From contig JBHGNT010000009.1 of assembly GCA_043228905.1 (NCBI GenBank), positions 10,292,001-10,356,000 on the forward strand: a stretch of DNA of 64,000 nt, read 5' to 3'. The DNA is from Azolla caroliniana (taxonomy: Eukaryota > Plantae > Polypodiophyta). The notes under the pieces are model-generated. The model had not been told where the DNA came from and searched no databases. It saw only the letters and a program-made list of their open reading frames with translations. Positions 36,410-50,836 of the stretch are shown here, one piece after another. How positions within the stretch are numbered: position 1 is the first letter of the stretch; each line of letters starts with the position of its first letter. The position numbers and the translations under genes are program-made.

Positions 36410-37399
36410 CGAGTTCCGTCCAACCCCTCAGATTAATCTGAAAGCTGGAAATCACAACCAGAGGATATTCATTTGAAATTTCGACGGGCGTGTTAAGATT
36501 AGATACATTAGATGCACCAGGTGCATACCCACTTTTGTCGGACGTCCATGGCTACGAACAACAAATATCAAGCAAAATTGGTAGAAAAACATAATCAGTT
36601 TTCAGCAAGGGAAAACCAAAGTAAGAGTGCTGACAGAAGGAAAGGTGACCACTAAATCTGAGATGGATGTCTAAGATGTAGAGTTCAAAGAAACTAAGTC
36701 ACACTCGGTGGGATAGAGGAAGAGGAGACACGATGAGGAAGAAGAAGCGCCAAAAAGTGTTCAAATGCACGTGAGGGGAAAATAGCCCCCAAAATAGAAA
36801 GAAAATCTCCCAAACGTTTTCCCCCCACTTTTTGCTTTAAATGAAACTTGTACGATCCCAACCCCACTCCCTAAAAAGATTTATTTTTTTGCTCGATTTG
36901 TTTTCAATTAGTTAGTACTAACAATATAGAAAATACTCATGTTTTTCTTTTGCCAAAAATAGTACTTTTCTAGTACACCATAGCGTGCTTCAACCCATAG
37001 CCCGAATGAACTTAAGATATTTAGCCGATTTTGCTATTCCACTTCATGCAATAATGCATCGAATGCCATTTCAATGGACACAAATAGAAGAAAAGACATA
37101 TCAAGCCTTGAAGATAATGTTGTCTTAGGTATCTGTTGTTAAACCACCAGATTGGACAAAACCCGACATGGCAATCGGAAATGCTCTAATGCAATTGTTA
37201 CAGCCGAACTAGTATCAACCAATTTATTATGTCAGTCGAAAACTCTCAACAACTGAAAGAAACTACTCAACTATAGAACGGGGAGCACTAGGTATGGTTT
37301 ACAACGTCAATCAATTTTGACATTATCTATTGGGCCGAAAATTTACTTTTCACGTTGACCATTTGACCACTATCTTCAACTGTAAAGAAGGGAGACATA

Positions 37400-38450
37400 T
37401 GTCAAAGAGAACCCTAACACATCATATTTCCGAGAATTTATAGCTCACATAAATTCTTACAATGCATAGACAAGTCTATTAGAGTTAAGTCACCGTAACT
37501 CTCAACATGTTTTTCCTTATTCCCTCCAAATTTAGCATATGCATTTTCTTTTTCTTGTGTTTGGAGAAATTGTTGAGTAACTTATCATATTCTTCTCTTT
37601 CTTTGAATAAGTCTTTTGTACTCATGCAAAAGCTTTTCATAATTTTCCTTATCCCTGACTACATCCAAAATCAGGCGCTTTCAAGCTTCGTGACGTTCTT
37701 TATCAAACCATTTTTTCTTCGACCTATATTTCTTGATGCATTTCCAATGTGTGTGCTTGGTTGAAAAACATTTGTTTTTGTAGGAGAAAAATAACTTTCT
37801 TAACAACTTATCATTTCCATTCTAGTGTGGCATCATGTTGTATCTTTGTCATTTGTAACATACTATCAACTGTCTTGGAATACATGGGCACTCGTTTAAG
37901 GTTAATGCTCAAATGTGATTGTTTATTATCTTCAATGGCTTTCTCACAATCAAACCTATTCATACATTTGAGATAAGTATATAAAGTCTTATGACCAAAT
38001 TCTTGTGTCCACTCACCAAGTGAGCATTTGTGTGTGCGATCCAAAATACGTTGGGAAATCTGCACATAGTCAATCACACTATTTCCATTATATTTTTCAT
38101 ATGTAAAACCATTAGTGTTAGGCCATAAGGATATATCATTTTCAATAAGTATTCTAGTATTGTTGCACATGTGTAGGAGCAACTTCCCAATGTGATTATA
38201 CATTTCTATATCCTATTGCATCATTCAAATATATGGCATGAAACCTTGTGCATCAAGTTAGAAACTTCTTGTATGAGCATTCATGTCACCAAAGACAATA
38301 ACTTCCCCTTTGGATTTGAAATGAGCAATATCATGTTCTAGATTGGCAAAAGGTTGGTCTTTATCTAAACAAGCATGAAGTTTAGAATATTCATGAGGAA
38401 TGTAGCATCTAACCACAAAAGTAAGGGCTTGACCCACTTCGTACAGGCTC
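37400..38450 (-). mobile_element. LINE endonuclease region, degenerate
   Basis: VIVFGDMNA and NSVIDY motifs; homologous to 1-258. Confidence 0.75.
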
Positions 38451-39229
38451 TCCTGATGAAACCTGCATTCAATATTCCACACTTGTTACATGATTGGGGG
38501 GCCACCACGAGACCATCATCTCGAAAGGCATTTGCGATTACGAAAGAGGCTAGTGTTGGTGTGGCCATTAGGTTGCTCCTTATAATATTCGTTGTAATGA
38601 AGGGACTTGACGTTGGGTAACATACCAACATAGTTTTCTCATTACAAAGAGGCAAAAAGAAAAGAAAAGGATTGGGGACATGTTTTTTTCCAAAAATATA
38701 TATGTGTACATGCGTTCATATATCTCTTGTAAGCATAAAGTAGTCAATGAGCTAGCTATTTGGTTGGATCAAATGTTTAATGATGTTCTAGAGGTTAGGA
38801 GTTCAAATGTGACTAAGAGTAAACAATAATATTGATGCATTTGAGTATAAAACATATTTAAACTTAAGGTCTTCGTGCACTTTGGGGTTCTCGTTATAGG
38901 AATTAAAGAGTCGAAACCATATTGGTGTGCATAGAGACTTAGCTTATTTTTAACATTTTTTTGTGAATAAACTATTCAAGAGGCTCACAAACATGATTGA
39001 GCTACCACGCGGAGGGGGTTTAAGGAACTACTCATGGAGCAATCCCAATTGGGTCATATTTTTTACAAATACAAAATTTCCTTAATTACACCTTGAAAGA
39101 GATTTCCAAACTCTAGTAATCTCATGGTGCTCTAGAAGCACGTGTCATTAGTAATAGACTAAACGAACGTCAAGGTAAACCATCATTTGTCATCACCATT
39201 TATAGGAGAAAAAAAAGAGAGGACTGAAT

Positions 39230-40250
39230 AAGCAATTTGCACACACATTGTCCAATGGGAGACTCATCTTGAGCTTTATCCCAAGTCGGATAGTACAAAG
39301 ATTGCCTATGTCAGTCAAGAACTAGGGGGTAAGGTTGTTGCCTAGTGTTGTGGGCTTCATACTACTAGGAAATTACCAAATACCTAGATAAACTTTCGCA
39401 TAGTTTTCAAGGGTCAATTTCTATAACTTGCATCTTGCACCAAGTCAACACAAGCATAAAGAACCTTTCTAACCATAAGTTTTCCTCGATCAAGGATTGT
39501 TTATTTTGTTAAAACCCAAATTCAAAAAACAAGATTGGAAGGAGATAATTGGTTAATTGTTTATTTTGCCAATGGTATCCCGAATTTAGACTATCATTGG
39601 ATACTTCATGATAATGATCCAAAATTCATCAAAAAGGTTGTTGAAACTATTCTTCATTATCAACACACTTCGAAGGACCATAATAAAGATGAAGCGCTTG
39701 GGACCAAGCTATTGCAATTCGCTGACAAATGCAAGACACCCAACAAATTCCTGGATCATAATTTTAAGTGACAAATAGCAATGTTGAAAGATCCAATGCA
39801 AAGAGCATGCAACATAAAAAAAGTTGCAAACCATAAAGGTCAAATTCTTGAAGTCCTCGAGGTCTATACACATCACTTAAGTAATTGTAAAAGCTCTTTC
39901 TCACACCATGTATTGGGACCCAATGATTTACATTGTGCTACCAGGTATATCAATGGATCTCCAATACAATTGTTGTTTGATTCAGGAAGCTCACATAATT
40001 TTGTGAATGATTGTTTGGTTCAGATTTGGGGGATTCAAACCACTGTATGTGATCACACCTATATGATGCATTTGGTTGATGGAAGATTGCAATACATCAA
40101 TGGGGCGATTCATTCATTGGCAATTTATATAAATAATTATGAAGAGCAAGTATATTCATATTACTAATGTAATACTAGCTTGTCCATGGTTCTTTAATAA
40201 AAACTCTTCTTTATCTATTGATTGGGATCACCATTCAGTAATGTTTACAC
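39230..40250 (+). mobile_element. Highly decayed gypsy gag/protease relic
   Basis: LLFDSGSSHNFV protease motif followed by ILACPWF. Confidence 0.6.
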
Positions 40251-40708
40251 TCAGTGTTGGGCAAAGTCCCAAGAACAGTGTTAGCGTTCCGATTGCATTG
40301 GGACTTTTTCCGGCCAAGGTGGGGGATAGCTAGAATTGATTCTGGCCAGGTTTACGTACCTATCGGAATCTAGCCGAATCATATTTTTTAAACCGGCTAT
40401 TTATATAGTTTTGTAAAAAAGAAGAAGTAAAAGTAAAACGTTTTTATATTTATTTATATTGAATTCCTTCTTTTCCCCCTCTTTTTTTCCCTCTGTCATC
40501 TGATTTTCTTCTCCTTGCTTCTCACCCCCTCCTGAGTCCTCGCTCCTCGCTCCTCGCTGGTTACTGCTCCTTGCTCCCTTCTCAAAGCTCGTTGCTTACT
40601 AACATGCATTGCTCCATGTTTTCCTTCTAATCGTTGCTCGAAGATTGCCGCTCGTTGCTCGCTACTTGCTGATTGCGCGACATCTCCAGCTCGTTGTTCT
40701 AAGGTATG

Positions 40709-40750
<42 letters not shown>

Positions 40751-40789
40751 TCTCTCTCTCTCTCTCTCTCTTTGGTGAAAACACACAAT

Positions 40790-43700
40790 TATATTAATAA
40801 ATGTGTGTAAAAAACACTACTTGCAATGGGTGTGACAATGGAATATGGTCACCCACTAACTACACTACATGGGTAGTGGAACATGTTGAATTGCCAATAG
40901 GCAAGACAAACACTCCACCGAGGAAAGAATTTCCACTTGCTCCAATAAAGAAACTTGTCACATTACTACTCCCTTCAACTTTCGTAGATATGCTTTCACT
41001 CCATGTCTACCATCGAATACAAAAGCATTGCGCATATTCCAATTATGACGCAATCCCCAATATCTCAAAAATAGAAATACGATCTCAATCTTTGATTTTG
41101 GGTCAACCTGTGTAAATTGTGCAAACACCCACTATCTAGGTGTCAAATAACACCATGATAAGACTTGCCAAATTTGAGAAATGTAACTCCAAATCTGACA
41201 AGCAATCGGACATTGTATAAATCAATGAGTACTATCTTCCATTTGAACAATGCAAAAAAAGCGATTGCCCGTTGCTAGTCCATGATGCTTTAGAGCTAAT
41301 CCCAAAGGCAATCCTCCAATCAAAACTCTCAAAATGAAGACCTTTGATACAAGTGGCAATTTAGAATGCCAACTACGTTCAACCCCTACATTCCACAACG
41401 ACATCTAGTGAAATAGAGATATATATGAAGTATATAATAGAGAGGTGAGGAAATTGGGTTTCGAACCCAAGACACGGTATAATGCTTGTAGTGTTATCGA
41501 CTTACCACTAGGGTAAGCTAATTACGATAAAAAAAAGAATGCCAACTATATTGTAAGATCTGCCATCACCCATGATCAGATTTGTGCATTCTCCATTCTT
41601 CTTCAGCCTTAGATGATAACCATCCAAGAAACTCAACAGAGCAATGATACAAAAGATTAGTAGTCACTTGTAACGACGACTTTTGACCCTTTAAACACCA
41701 ATCAATCTATAGTTGTTCTCCTGTTTGTAGAGGTAAGGGACCTTGCATCAATGGAATATTTTGTAGTTGTTGTCAAATAAACCCATAATTAGGCAGAATG
41801 CGTAATAATTGTCGTGCTTCAACAAACTCCAAAATTCTTTGAGATGGAGCCTCAACTATATCTCCCACCTCTTTGACCCCCAAACGAAACAAACGATTAA
41901 ATTGAGATCGCAATCTCTCCTTTCCTGGCCAACATAATAATTGAGAAGACACAAGCAACTCTTTTTGCAAAGAATTGCAATGCTCTCTATTAGATGATTG
42001 TTTCCATACACATAACAAGAATACTTCTTGTCATGAGATAACCAAGTGTTGACACATGTAGAGCCCGGAACCCTAAGTGAAATATATCCATTCAGTAATT
42101 GCCACCATGAAGCCTTAATTGTTGTCCTCCCATGTGTTAAACCCTTGTTCTCAATGAAGTATTGAACAATAGATATCCATGGTTGTGAGTTTGAACAAAT
42201 GTCTTGTAATAATGAAAATCTACGAGCCATCATATGCTTAGATAAGTTCAATATTCTAGTTCCCCCCAAGCGCTTAGGGGTTGCTAGATGATTACACGCA
42301 ACCCAAGTGATTCCCATCTTATCCCTCTTCTTCCACAACAAATTTTGAAGAGGTTGCAAAATAGAATGCAAATTCTTCTTTGTCCATGGCAACAATGGCA
42401 AGTAATATAACATCATGGGTTCCATAATACATTGTACAACCTTCAAGCGTACATGAAATGGCCAAGATTGTGACTTCCAATACATGAACTTATCCCTAAA
42501 CTTACTAAACATCCATTCAATCAATTGACCATTTGTAACATTCATTCCTAATGGATAGCCCAAGCATCCCCTTCTCAAGATTCTCTCGCGAGGCTTGTAG
42601 AAACATGAAAGAATCATCAGCCAAAGCTTGTGCTACTAGTTGCCCTCCAGATGGAAGGTGTAGACTCACAATGTTACCATTTCTTGCAAGCCTTGATAAC
42701 ATTACTAACAAGGGAGGAGTAACAATAGCAAACAATAGTGGGCTAAGAGGGAATCCTTGACGAACGGATCTTGTGAGGGCAATATCTGACATAACTCCCC
42801 CATTAAGCATTACTCGAGACACCGCATCTTGTCCTAATAAAAATATGAGGCGAGACATACGAGGTCCAAAGTCCATTGTATGCATTAACCCAGAAACAAA
42901 GGACCAATTAACATGATCATAAGCTTTCTCCAAATCTAATCAGACCATAATCAATTCTTGATGAGTGTTTCGAGCATAATCCATGGCCATTTGAACATTC
43001 AACACATTATGCAATATATTCCTACCTACGATAAAACCATATTGGGTGGGGTGTATCAACTTTGCCAAATACTTTTGTAATCTATTTGCCAAGACCTTTG
43101 TAAATATCTTATACAATCCCCCCATCAAAGAAATAGGTCTCCATTGATGAAATGACTCGGGAGATGCCACCTTTGGAACTAATTTAATTAGACCAACCTT
43201 CAAAGATTGAGGCATACAAGCAGAATCCCAAGAATGTTGAAACATCAAAGTTAAGGGCCCCTTTAAAATGTTCGAATATCGCTTAAAAACTTCATTTGTC
43301 AAGCCATCCCAACCAGGGCTCTTACCACTAGGAAGATGCCTTAAAACTGTGTCTACCTCATCCTTAGTGAAATCCGCATCCAATTCATGACTAATGAGGT
43401 CATGCACAATACATCCAACCACATCATAAAACTCATGACGTGCTCTACTCACCTCATTTGTCATTAACAATTGTGGGCCAATCAACTCCTTAAAGTAATG
43501 AACACATATGTCAATTATTGTAGTAGGATCCTCTATCCATTCATCCCCTTGCTTCACATGTACCACATTAGATCGAGTATAAGTAGGATGTAACACTTGG
43601 AAAAACAAATGAGATTGACATTGATTATCTATGAGCTCATCCCTTAGTTGTCGCATCTTCGCATAACGATAACTTTGGCATTGCAACTGAGAAATAATAG

Positions 43701-44232
43701 CATGCAATTGACTTTCGATATCCAAAAGCTCCTCATCTAATGGTGCATGTATCAATAATGCTTACGCCTAGAGAGAACTTGTGAGAATTGTCGAAGAATA
43801 CCTCTTCTTCGTTGAGCATTAGTTACTCTATACATACGATGACTGATCTTAATGTTTTGTAACATGGTATCCCATGCTTTAACTCCTTTAAGATTCACTT
43901 CTTGTGAAAAATTTAGCAAAATTTGCTCCATGATAAAGCATAATGGAGGCATTCCAAGTAAGGATTTATACATGTCAATTGCATGATTACAAACCTCCGA
44001 ACAAATAGGAAAGTGATCTGAAGTTCCTACATCTTGTAGAACTTTCATAAGAAGTGATGTCGGTAAAAAAGAATCATTGTGCATCACATACATTCTATCT
44101 AACCGACTCCATGTTTGTCTATGTTGAGCGGATTGGAAAGTAAAACCTGGATCATTCCCATGCAACCATGTCCAAACATTCAACTTCAGAACCTCCATAA
44201 CCAATGAATCCCAAGCAAGTTGCATAGGATCA
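40790..44232 (-). mobile_element. L1-like LINE ORF2 (endonuclease end, RT, zf-RVT), degenerate
   Basis: SRLDR...SDHFP, KSPGWDGL, WRPISL, QYGFI, EKAYDHV, RQGFPLSPLLF and LADD motifs. Confidence 0.9.
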
Positions 44233-44259
44233 TCCATGATTGAATGTTGAGATGGTTTG

Positions 44260-44811
44260 GACATAGGGGTGGTTTGGTAAATTTGGAACTTCCAGGGGCA
44301 TTCTTGTAAATAAACGAACTTCCAGGGGTATCCTAGTACTTTTCCCTATTATAAATTTGTGTGAGAAAATAATCATAAATTTATTTATCATACTCATCAT
44401 AAATTTTGTCATCATACTTATCATAAATTTGGTTATCATAGTGATCATAAATTTGATCATTATACTTATCATAAATTTGATCATCATACTTATCATAATT
44501 GATTATCATAAATAAAAAGGAGACTCTACATATAATACATATAAATTTTAATAAGTTAAAACAAGAGTTTAAAATTAAAAGTTAAAAGTTAGAGCCTATA
44601 GAGAATATTTTTTAGTATTTTTTAACCTATAAACCTTTAAACCGAACCATATAAACAGAAATCAATAAGCCGATAAATTCAAAACCGAACCGAAACCGAT
44701 TAGTAACATTTGAAACCAAACCAAACCGTTTATTTATCTTTGAACCTATAAACTGTTAAGCCACGGTTTTTTGGTTCGGTTCGGTTTGAGCCGAAATCGG
44801 GCCCATTGCTA
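44260..44811. repeat. AT-rich ATCATAAATTT minisatellite plus AACCG-rich DNA-transposon-like end
   Basis: 12/24-bp periodic array at 44370-44510, AAACCG repeats, and terminal GGGCCCATTGCTA shared with 31021-31033. Confidence 0.55.
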
Positions 44812-47040
44812 TCAGGAACTATGGATCGACAACAAGCCGAATTACGACAAGTTGAGGATTTTCAGGTGCGAGGCATACACCCTCATACCGAAAGACGATC
44901 GCCGCAAACTTACACCAAGGTCTAGGAAATGCATTTTTCTCGGTTATGAACCAAATGGTGAAATCGGCTACCAACTCTAGGACCTTGAACACAAACAGAT
45001 CATCCAAAGTTCAGACGTAGTGTTCAATGAGTCAGCCATGCATCAATCGGCCAAAAAACCGACCGAAGTTCGAAGGGTAATTTTTTCGGATGTGGCAACC
45101 CTTCACGAAGGCCCAACACACAACACGAGGTCGGCTTCACGGGTAGCTAAAACCTCTAGCACTGACTTGGCAGCGCACAAGTCAGCACAATCGAACAATT
45201 CGGATCCTAACCATCCGATCCAGACACCTGATGCAACTGGTCCAATCATACCTCGAAGATCTGAGAGACTGTCGCAACCCCCAGAGAGATACTCTCATGG
45301 TATCTTCTTTACGGATGCTGGAGAACCGACGTCATATAAAGAAGCATTGGCATATGCCGATTCGGCCACCTAGCATCTGGCAATGGATTCCAAGATGAAC
45401 TCCATTCGAGCAAACCAAACTTGGGACTTGGTCGGGCTCCCGAAGAATCAACGTGCTCTTCCATGCAAGTGGGTCTATCGAGTCAAAGACACGTCTGATT
45501 CGGCCACCCCAAAATTCAAGGCTAAACTAGTAGCTAAGGGTTTTTTACAAGAATATGGCGTCGATTCCGACGAAATCTTTTCACCAGTGGTGAAAATGAC
45601 AACCCTTAGACTCATGCTCGGCGTCGTGGCAGTCGAGGACTTAGAGCTGATTCAGTTAGATGTCAAAACGACATTCCTCCATGGTGATCTAGAGGAGGAA
45701 ATTTATATGGAGCAACCGAAAGGCTTCGTGGCACCCAACCAAGAACATCTAGTCTGCTGACTCAAGAAGAGTCTTTACAACCTAAAATAGGCACCACGAC
45801 AGTGGTATAAGAAGTTCGACGACTTCATCCAGTCAGTCGGCTTCTCTAAGAGCGATGAGGACCACTGCCTCTTCACCAAAACAACTCGAGATGGGTCTCT
45901 CGTCTTCCACATCATCTACGTGGATGACATGCTACTGCTTGCCGAACGAGGGTTGAAGTTTGCCATGAAGGACCTCGGTCCAGCAAAAAACATTCTCGGC
46001 ATGAAGATTAGTTAGAATCGAAATCGAAGACAATTGTTTCTGTCCCAATCCAACTATATTAGACGTGTCCTTGAATGCTTCAACATGCAATCGACAAAAT
46101 CTGCTTCGACCCCGCTCCCCATTAGCCTTCGGTTGTCTTAGCGAGACTACCCGACATCCAGTTCGGAGGGGGAAATTATGAAGTCGATACCGTATGCACC
46201 AACAGTTGGCTCCCTGATGTACGCAATGGTCGCGGCGCGGCCTAACATTGCTCACTTCGTAGGAGTCATCAACAAATTCATGCACAACCCTGGTCGATCG
46301 CATTGGAACACAGTAAAGCATGTGTTCAGACCTGGTGGCCACAAAAGACCATGGCATCCTATTCGGTTTAAACAACACTTCAGGCGTAGTCGGATACACC
46401 AACTCGGACTTTGCCGGTTGTGTGGACAGTCGAAAATCGACAACCAGATATTGCTTCAAACTCGGCAATGGAGCGATCTCATGGAAATTGAAACTCCAAG
46501 ATTGCACTACTACATCAACAACTAAGGCCGAATACATAGCCGCGTCAGACGCAGCGAAAGAAGCTTTATGGCTTGGTCAGCTAGCATGCACATTTCGACA
46601 AGTCGAATCTGACTCGGCTCCAATTGTCTATAGTGATAGTCAGGGTGTTGTTGCTCTGTCGAAAAATCCGGTTCATTACAATGCCTCTAAGCATATCAAC
46701 ATTCGATATCACTTTGTTCGGGATTGCATCATGTTAGGGAAAATCAACCTCGAGAAGCTACCTACAACCAATAATATCGCAGATGGGATGACCAAGTGTC
46801 TTTCAGCGGATCGATTTTGATCCCTTCGGCACCAGATGGGCATAACAAAGAATCTGTCTAATTAAGTTGGACACTTAGGATGTTTTCGAACAATCGACTT
46901 CGACAATTCAAAGTTCAGCTAAGTTTCCCCAACCTTGGCCAGTTTGGCCTTTTGTTTTTTGAAGTTCACCGACTCGAATGAAAATTCAATTTGCTCGAAA
47001 ATTTTGCATCAATTTTATGTAAATAGTGAGAAGGGCAATT
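44812..47040 (+). mobile_element. Ty1/copia 3' half (IN C-terminus, RT, RH), degenerate
   Basis: RKCIFLGY, ALPCKWVY, QLDVKTTFLHGDLEEEIYMEQP and SKHINIRYHFVRD motifs. Confidence 0.88.
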
Positions 47041-47206
47041 GCCCTAAGTTAGTTAGTATATAAACTGACTTTGTAATCTAGTTTTGTAGTTGTTGAAAAT
47101 AGAGTAAATCTTTTGCCTAACGTCTCTTTGTCTTGCATCACGCTTTTTGTTGATATTGTTGTTTCTATCAATCCACCTTGCTTGTATTTGTTTATGATCT
47201 TCTCTC

Positions 47207-48640
47207 TCGAAGAGTGCTGACTTGTTCCGCACTAGATGGCCGCGTTTCCAACAGACTACGTCCAGGAGGCCTTTGCTCACATTCCTCTTTTTCAGGAACG
47301 GTTATCGATGTTGTTTGCCGAATTAGCAGGCTTCACATACACTTGCAATCTCCTTCTCTATAAAAGTCGGGAGTCCGATGATGACCCCTTTCGATTGCAT
47401 GCCCTTCAGCTTCTGGAGATTGATGTGGTCAATCCTTTTGTGCCATAGATCTATGTCGGCGTCGGCTTTATGGCCCTTGGCAAACATTGCCGATTTCATC
47501 TCGTGAGAATCGAGAATGAACATTCGGCCTTCTCTTCGTCCACGAGCAATAATTCAGCCTTCCTTTTCAATGAAGCAGCCTCCGTCGTTGAAACAAAGTT
47601 GCATGCCTTATTCCACAATCTGGCTTACCAAGACCAGATCCTTTTTTACGGTTGGTACATGCAAAACGTTTCTTATGTAGATTTGTTTATCGTCTTTCCC
47701 GAATGGGACATTGCCGACATGCTGAATGGGGTGAATTGTGTAATCCCTAGTTTCCACATAGTCGGGTCATTCCGGTTCTCTCAAGTCTTGAAACCATTAT
47801 TAGTGAGATGACATATGGTTCGAGGCGCTTGAGTCGACAAGCCATACATCGTCTGAGTTGGAGGTGCTAGTCGGGTTGGAGGTTGTCATAGAATTCGCTC
47901 TATCTCGCTGGGAAACATGTCCCTCCGGATGTGAAGAGAAGTATCGTGTTGGTGAGTATCTCGGCCGAAATCGAAATCCGAAATCGTTTCGGAAGACTAT
48001 AATTGTAAATAGTCTAAAATGCCTCTTGGGGGCTATACTTGTAAATAGCCAGAAAGTTGCTTATAAGCAACTAGGGCAAACTTTATAGTGTAGTTGATCA
48101 TTATTGAAATGTTAGAACAAGGTAGTTGCCTTTGTAATCGTGAGTGAGAGTGTAACTCTGTAGCCGTCTGTCAGACGAGGGAGAACTCGATGTCGTTGCC
48201 TACGAGTTCTGTATTTGTACTTCCTCTCTACTATAGTGATATGTTTTCTTGGGGTTTGTGAACCCCTGTGGTGTTTCCCATTTCAGGTTTTCCACGTAAA
48301 ATATCGGTGTCTCTGTGTCTTCACATTTTTTTTCGTATGTGTACTAGTTCTTGGTTTCTGCACACAAATACGAACGTGCAACTGGTTGTGGCCGATCGAT
48401 TCTTAACAGAGGTGCTAGCCGGGTTGGAGGTTGTCATAGAATTCGCTCTATGTCGCATTACAAACATTCCTCCACGATCATTGTAGTCGGAATTTGAGGC
48501 GAAGTTGGTAAGTTGTCGGCTTGTGAAAGCCGATTCACTTTTCTTCTTCTGACATTCTGCCTCATAGTGGCCGATTTTGTCACAATGTCCGAACTATCAT
48601 ACCTAGGAAGCCGCTCACACCTCCTTCCATGCTTGCACCT
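47207..48640 (-). mobile_element. Ty1/copia gag end-protease-integrase start fragment
   Basis: DLWHKRIDHINLQKL...CEAC; homologous to 24860-27560. Confidence 0.8.
47909..48408 (+). mobile_element. Solo LTR flanked by a 48-bp direct repeat
   Basis: Starts TGGGAAACATGTCCCTCC and ends CTTAACA; flanks at 47861-47908 and 48409-48456. Confidence 0.8.
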
Positions 48641-48643
48641 CAA

Positions 48644-49329
48644 CCTCTGATACCAAATTGTTGAGAAACAAATCATTAACTTACAAGAAGAATACGTTGA
48701 AATACACAATTCAGATCACACACATCAATAGTGTACACAGATTTTACGTGGAAACCCTAAACGAGGAAAACCACGGGAACAGAGCTTCATTATACAGTGG
48801 ATATACAAACAGAGAAGATTACAACACTCTCTATGGAGTGTATCAGCCTCACAGGGCTCTTGGTGCCTTCTATTTCACACACATAGCTATGGCGCCACTT
48901 TGTCCCTCTTCTTCCTCTCGTGCTTTTCTGCAACGCTCTTATTCTCTCCTCTCTACACACCTGTTACACTCACACAACCTTCTGTTCTACGCTCTATGTA
49001 TTGCCCTAGATGTATTTATATTCATACATCATATGGGTTATTTACAAGTGTAGCCCCTACTACACATCACTACCAATATTATCTATAATAATAATTAGCC
49101 ATCAACTGACTCTAGTGTCAACTGTCCAATCGGTCTGACTAGTCGTCCTGGTCAGCCCGACTAGTCGGTCGTGTCTTTGACTTGGATCTCCTTCCTATCG
49201 ACTTTCTCACAGTTGACTCTTCAACCATTGACACTCGGCCCAAACAGTTGGCTCCTCCTTGTCTTCAACTGTCGGCACTTCTTGGCCCAAACAGTCGGCT
49301 CCTCCCACTGGAGGGACATATTCCCAACA
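48644..49329 (-). mobile_element. LTR (48659-49329) with tRNA-iMet PBS
   Basis: Reverse complement reads TGTTGGGAATATGTCCCTCC...CTCAACA, ATT, TGGTATCAGAGG. Confidence 0.8.
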
Positions 49330-50804
49330 AAGTCGAGTTTGATTCTCAACACACACACACACACACATAAAGGATTCTTGAATTTACACCCAGAATGGAG
49401 CATCAAATGTTAAATGTTGTGAGGATAATGTACACATGCTAAGCACAGATCCCACTATGATAGAGAGGATTGAATACATTGTGAACATTCATGTTTAAAA
49501 GGGTAGTGTTTGTGAGGTTCAAGGTTCTTGTTATGGTTAATGAAAGTGAGTGGGAATCATGTTTGCAGTTTATGAGGCATCTAAATGTGGAGATCCATAT
49601 TTATCATTGTGCATCTTTGTCCATCGAGAGAAAATGTCAAGACCCATGGCAACTCCACCTTGTTGGAGAGATGACATATGAAACTCAAGATAAGAAAGAG
49701 AATATGCCATAACACTAAATGGTTTGGAATCATATATAATTTATAATAGCCAAAAATAGCGGTGCCATGGTCAAGTGGGAAATATGATGATTTGCAGGGT
49801 TCAGTTGATGCTCTAAGGCAACGTCAAGTGGACTTTAAGAAAGGGTGGCGAGGGCTTCACTTATTTTCAGATACAACTTCTAGTATGAGGTGGAATTATG
49901 CCATACCTTCTTTTTTATTGCATAGGTTGTAGTTTGTGCTCCACTTGTTTCTTATATGATATCATATGTTTGATTAGATGTTGGTATTAGCCTTTGTATT
50001 ACAATAGAGGTGAGATGAAATGTATCCTTCTGTTTTCTATATGTACATTTCTCAAGTAATATACTAAGGTGTATCTTTCTTTCAAAAAAAAAAGGAACGG
50101 TGCCATGGTTCCGTCATTGCTCATTGTTGGTATTGAATGACAAAATTTCCAATTATAGACCTCAATCAATCATCTTCATTGTCATGCCCAAGAAGGGGAG
50201 GAACCATATACGGAAGAGATGTTGGAAGATAGAGAATAACAAAGCCTCAATAATCAAAGCGGTCAAGATGTTAGTGTGTCATGACACAATTAATTGTTGT
50301 GTACATGAAAAGTGACAAATTGATAGAGTGGAAATATTATCATTACCACGATGCCTTAATCATTGTTCATGCATGTGATTGTCTAAATACTACACGATGG
50401 ATACCCATAATTGTGACATAAATTCCAAATATCTTCAACAAAGAGGATGAACAAGCTTGTTCACATCAAATGCATTGATTGAAACTCAAATGAATTTAGC
50501 AAAGAAAACATTTCCCAAACACTAATGTCTACCTTCAGAAAGAATAACAATGGAATTTCCTTCCATGTAATCTTCGAGCATAAAGGCTTCCTGAATTGAT
50601 TATTAAATGTATTCCTTCGTACTAGGAACAAGTGGCACGAATGTTTGCGAGCTTTGAAACAAAGCGATTCAAATTTCAACATATCGAAGTTAATAGAATT
50701 TGTGGTTTCTAGGGAAAGAAAGGGAAAGCATGTTTAATTCAAAGAAGCAAAAACAGGGAGGAGGTTGGGTTGGTGGTGGCTCGCCGTGTCATGCGGAATC
50801 GGAC

Positions 50805-50836
<32 letters not shown>

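Larger units (their letters stand above)
32900..37370 (+). mobile_element. Fragmented Ty3/gypsy relic (gag with zinc knuckles, protease, RNase H)
   Basis: LEGQSANWYSQY, CTTCLNPGHSSIEC, IIDGGSGVNVIT and RNYSTIERGAL motifs; interrupted by three solo LTRs. Boundaries approximate. Confidence 0.75.

Noticed and set aside
44230-44496. ORF MISMMIKF repeats
   Set aside because: Product of an AT-rich minisatellite.
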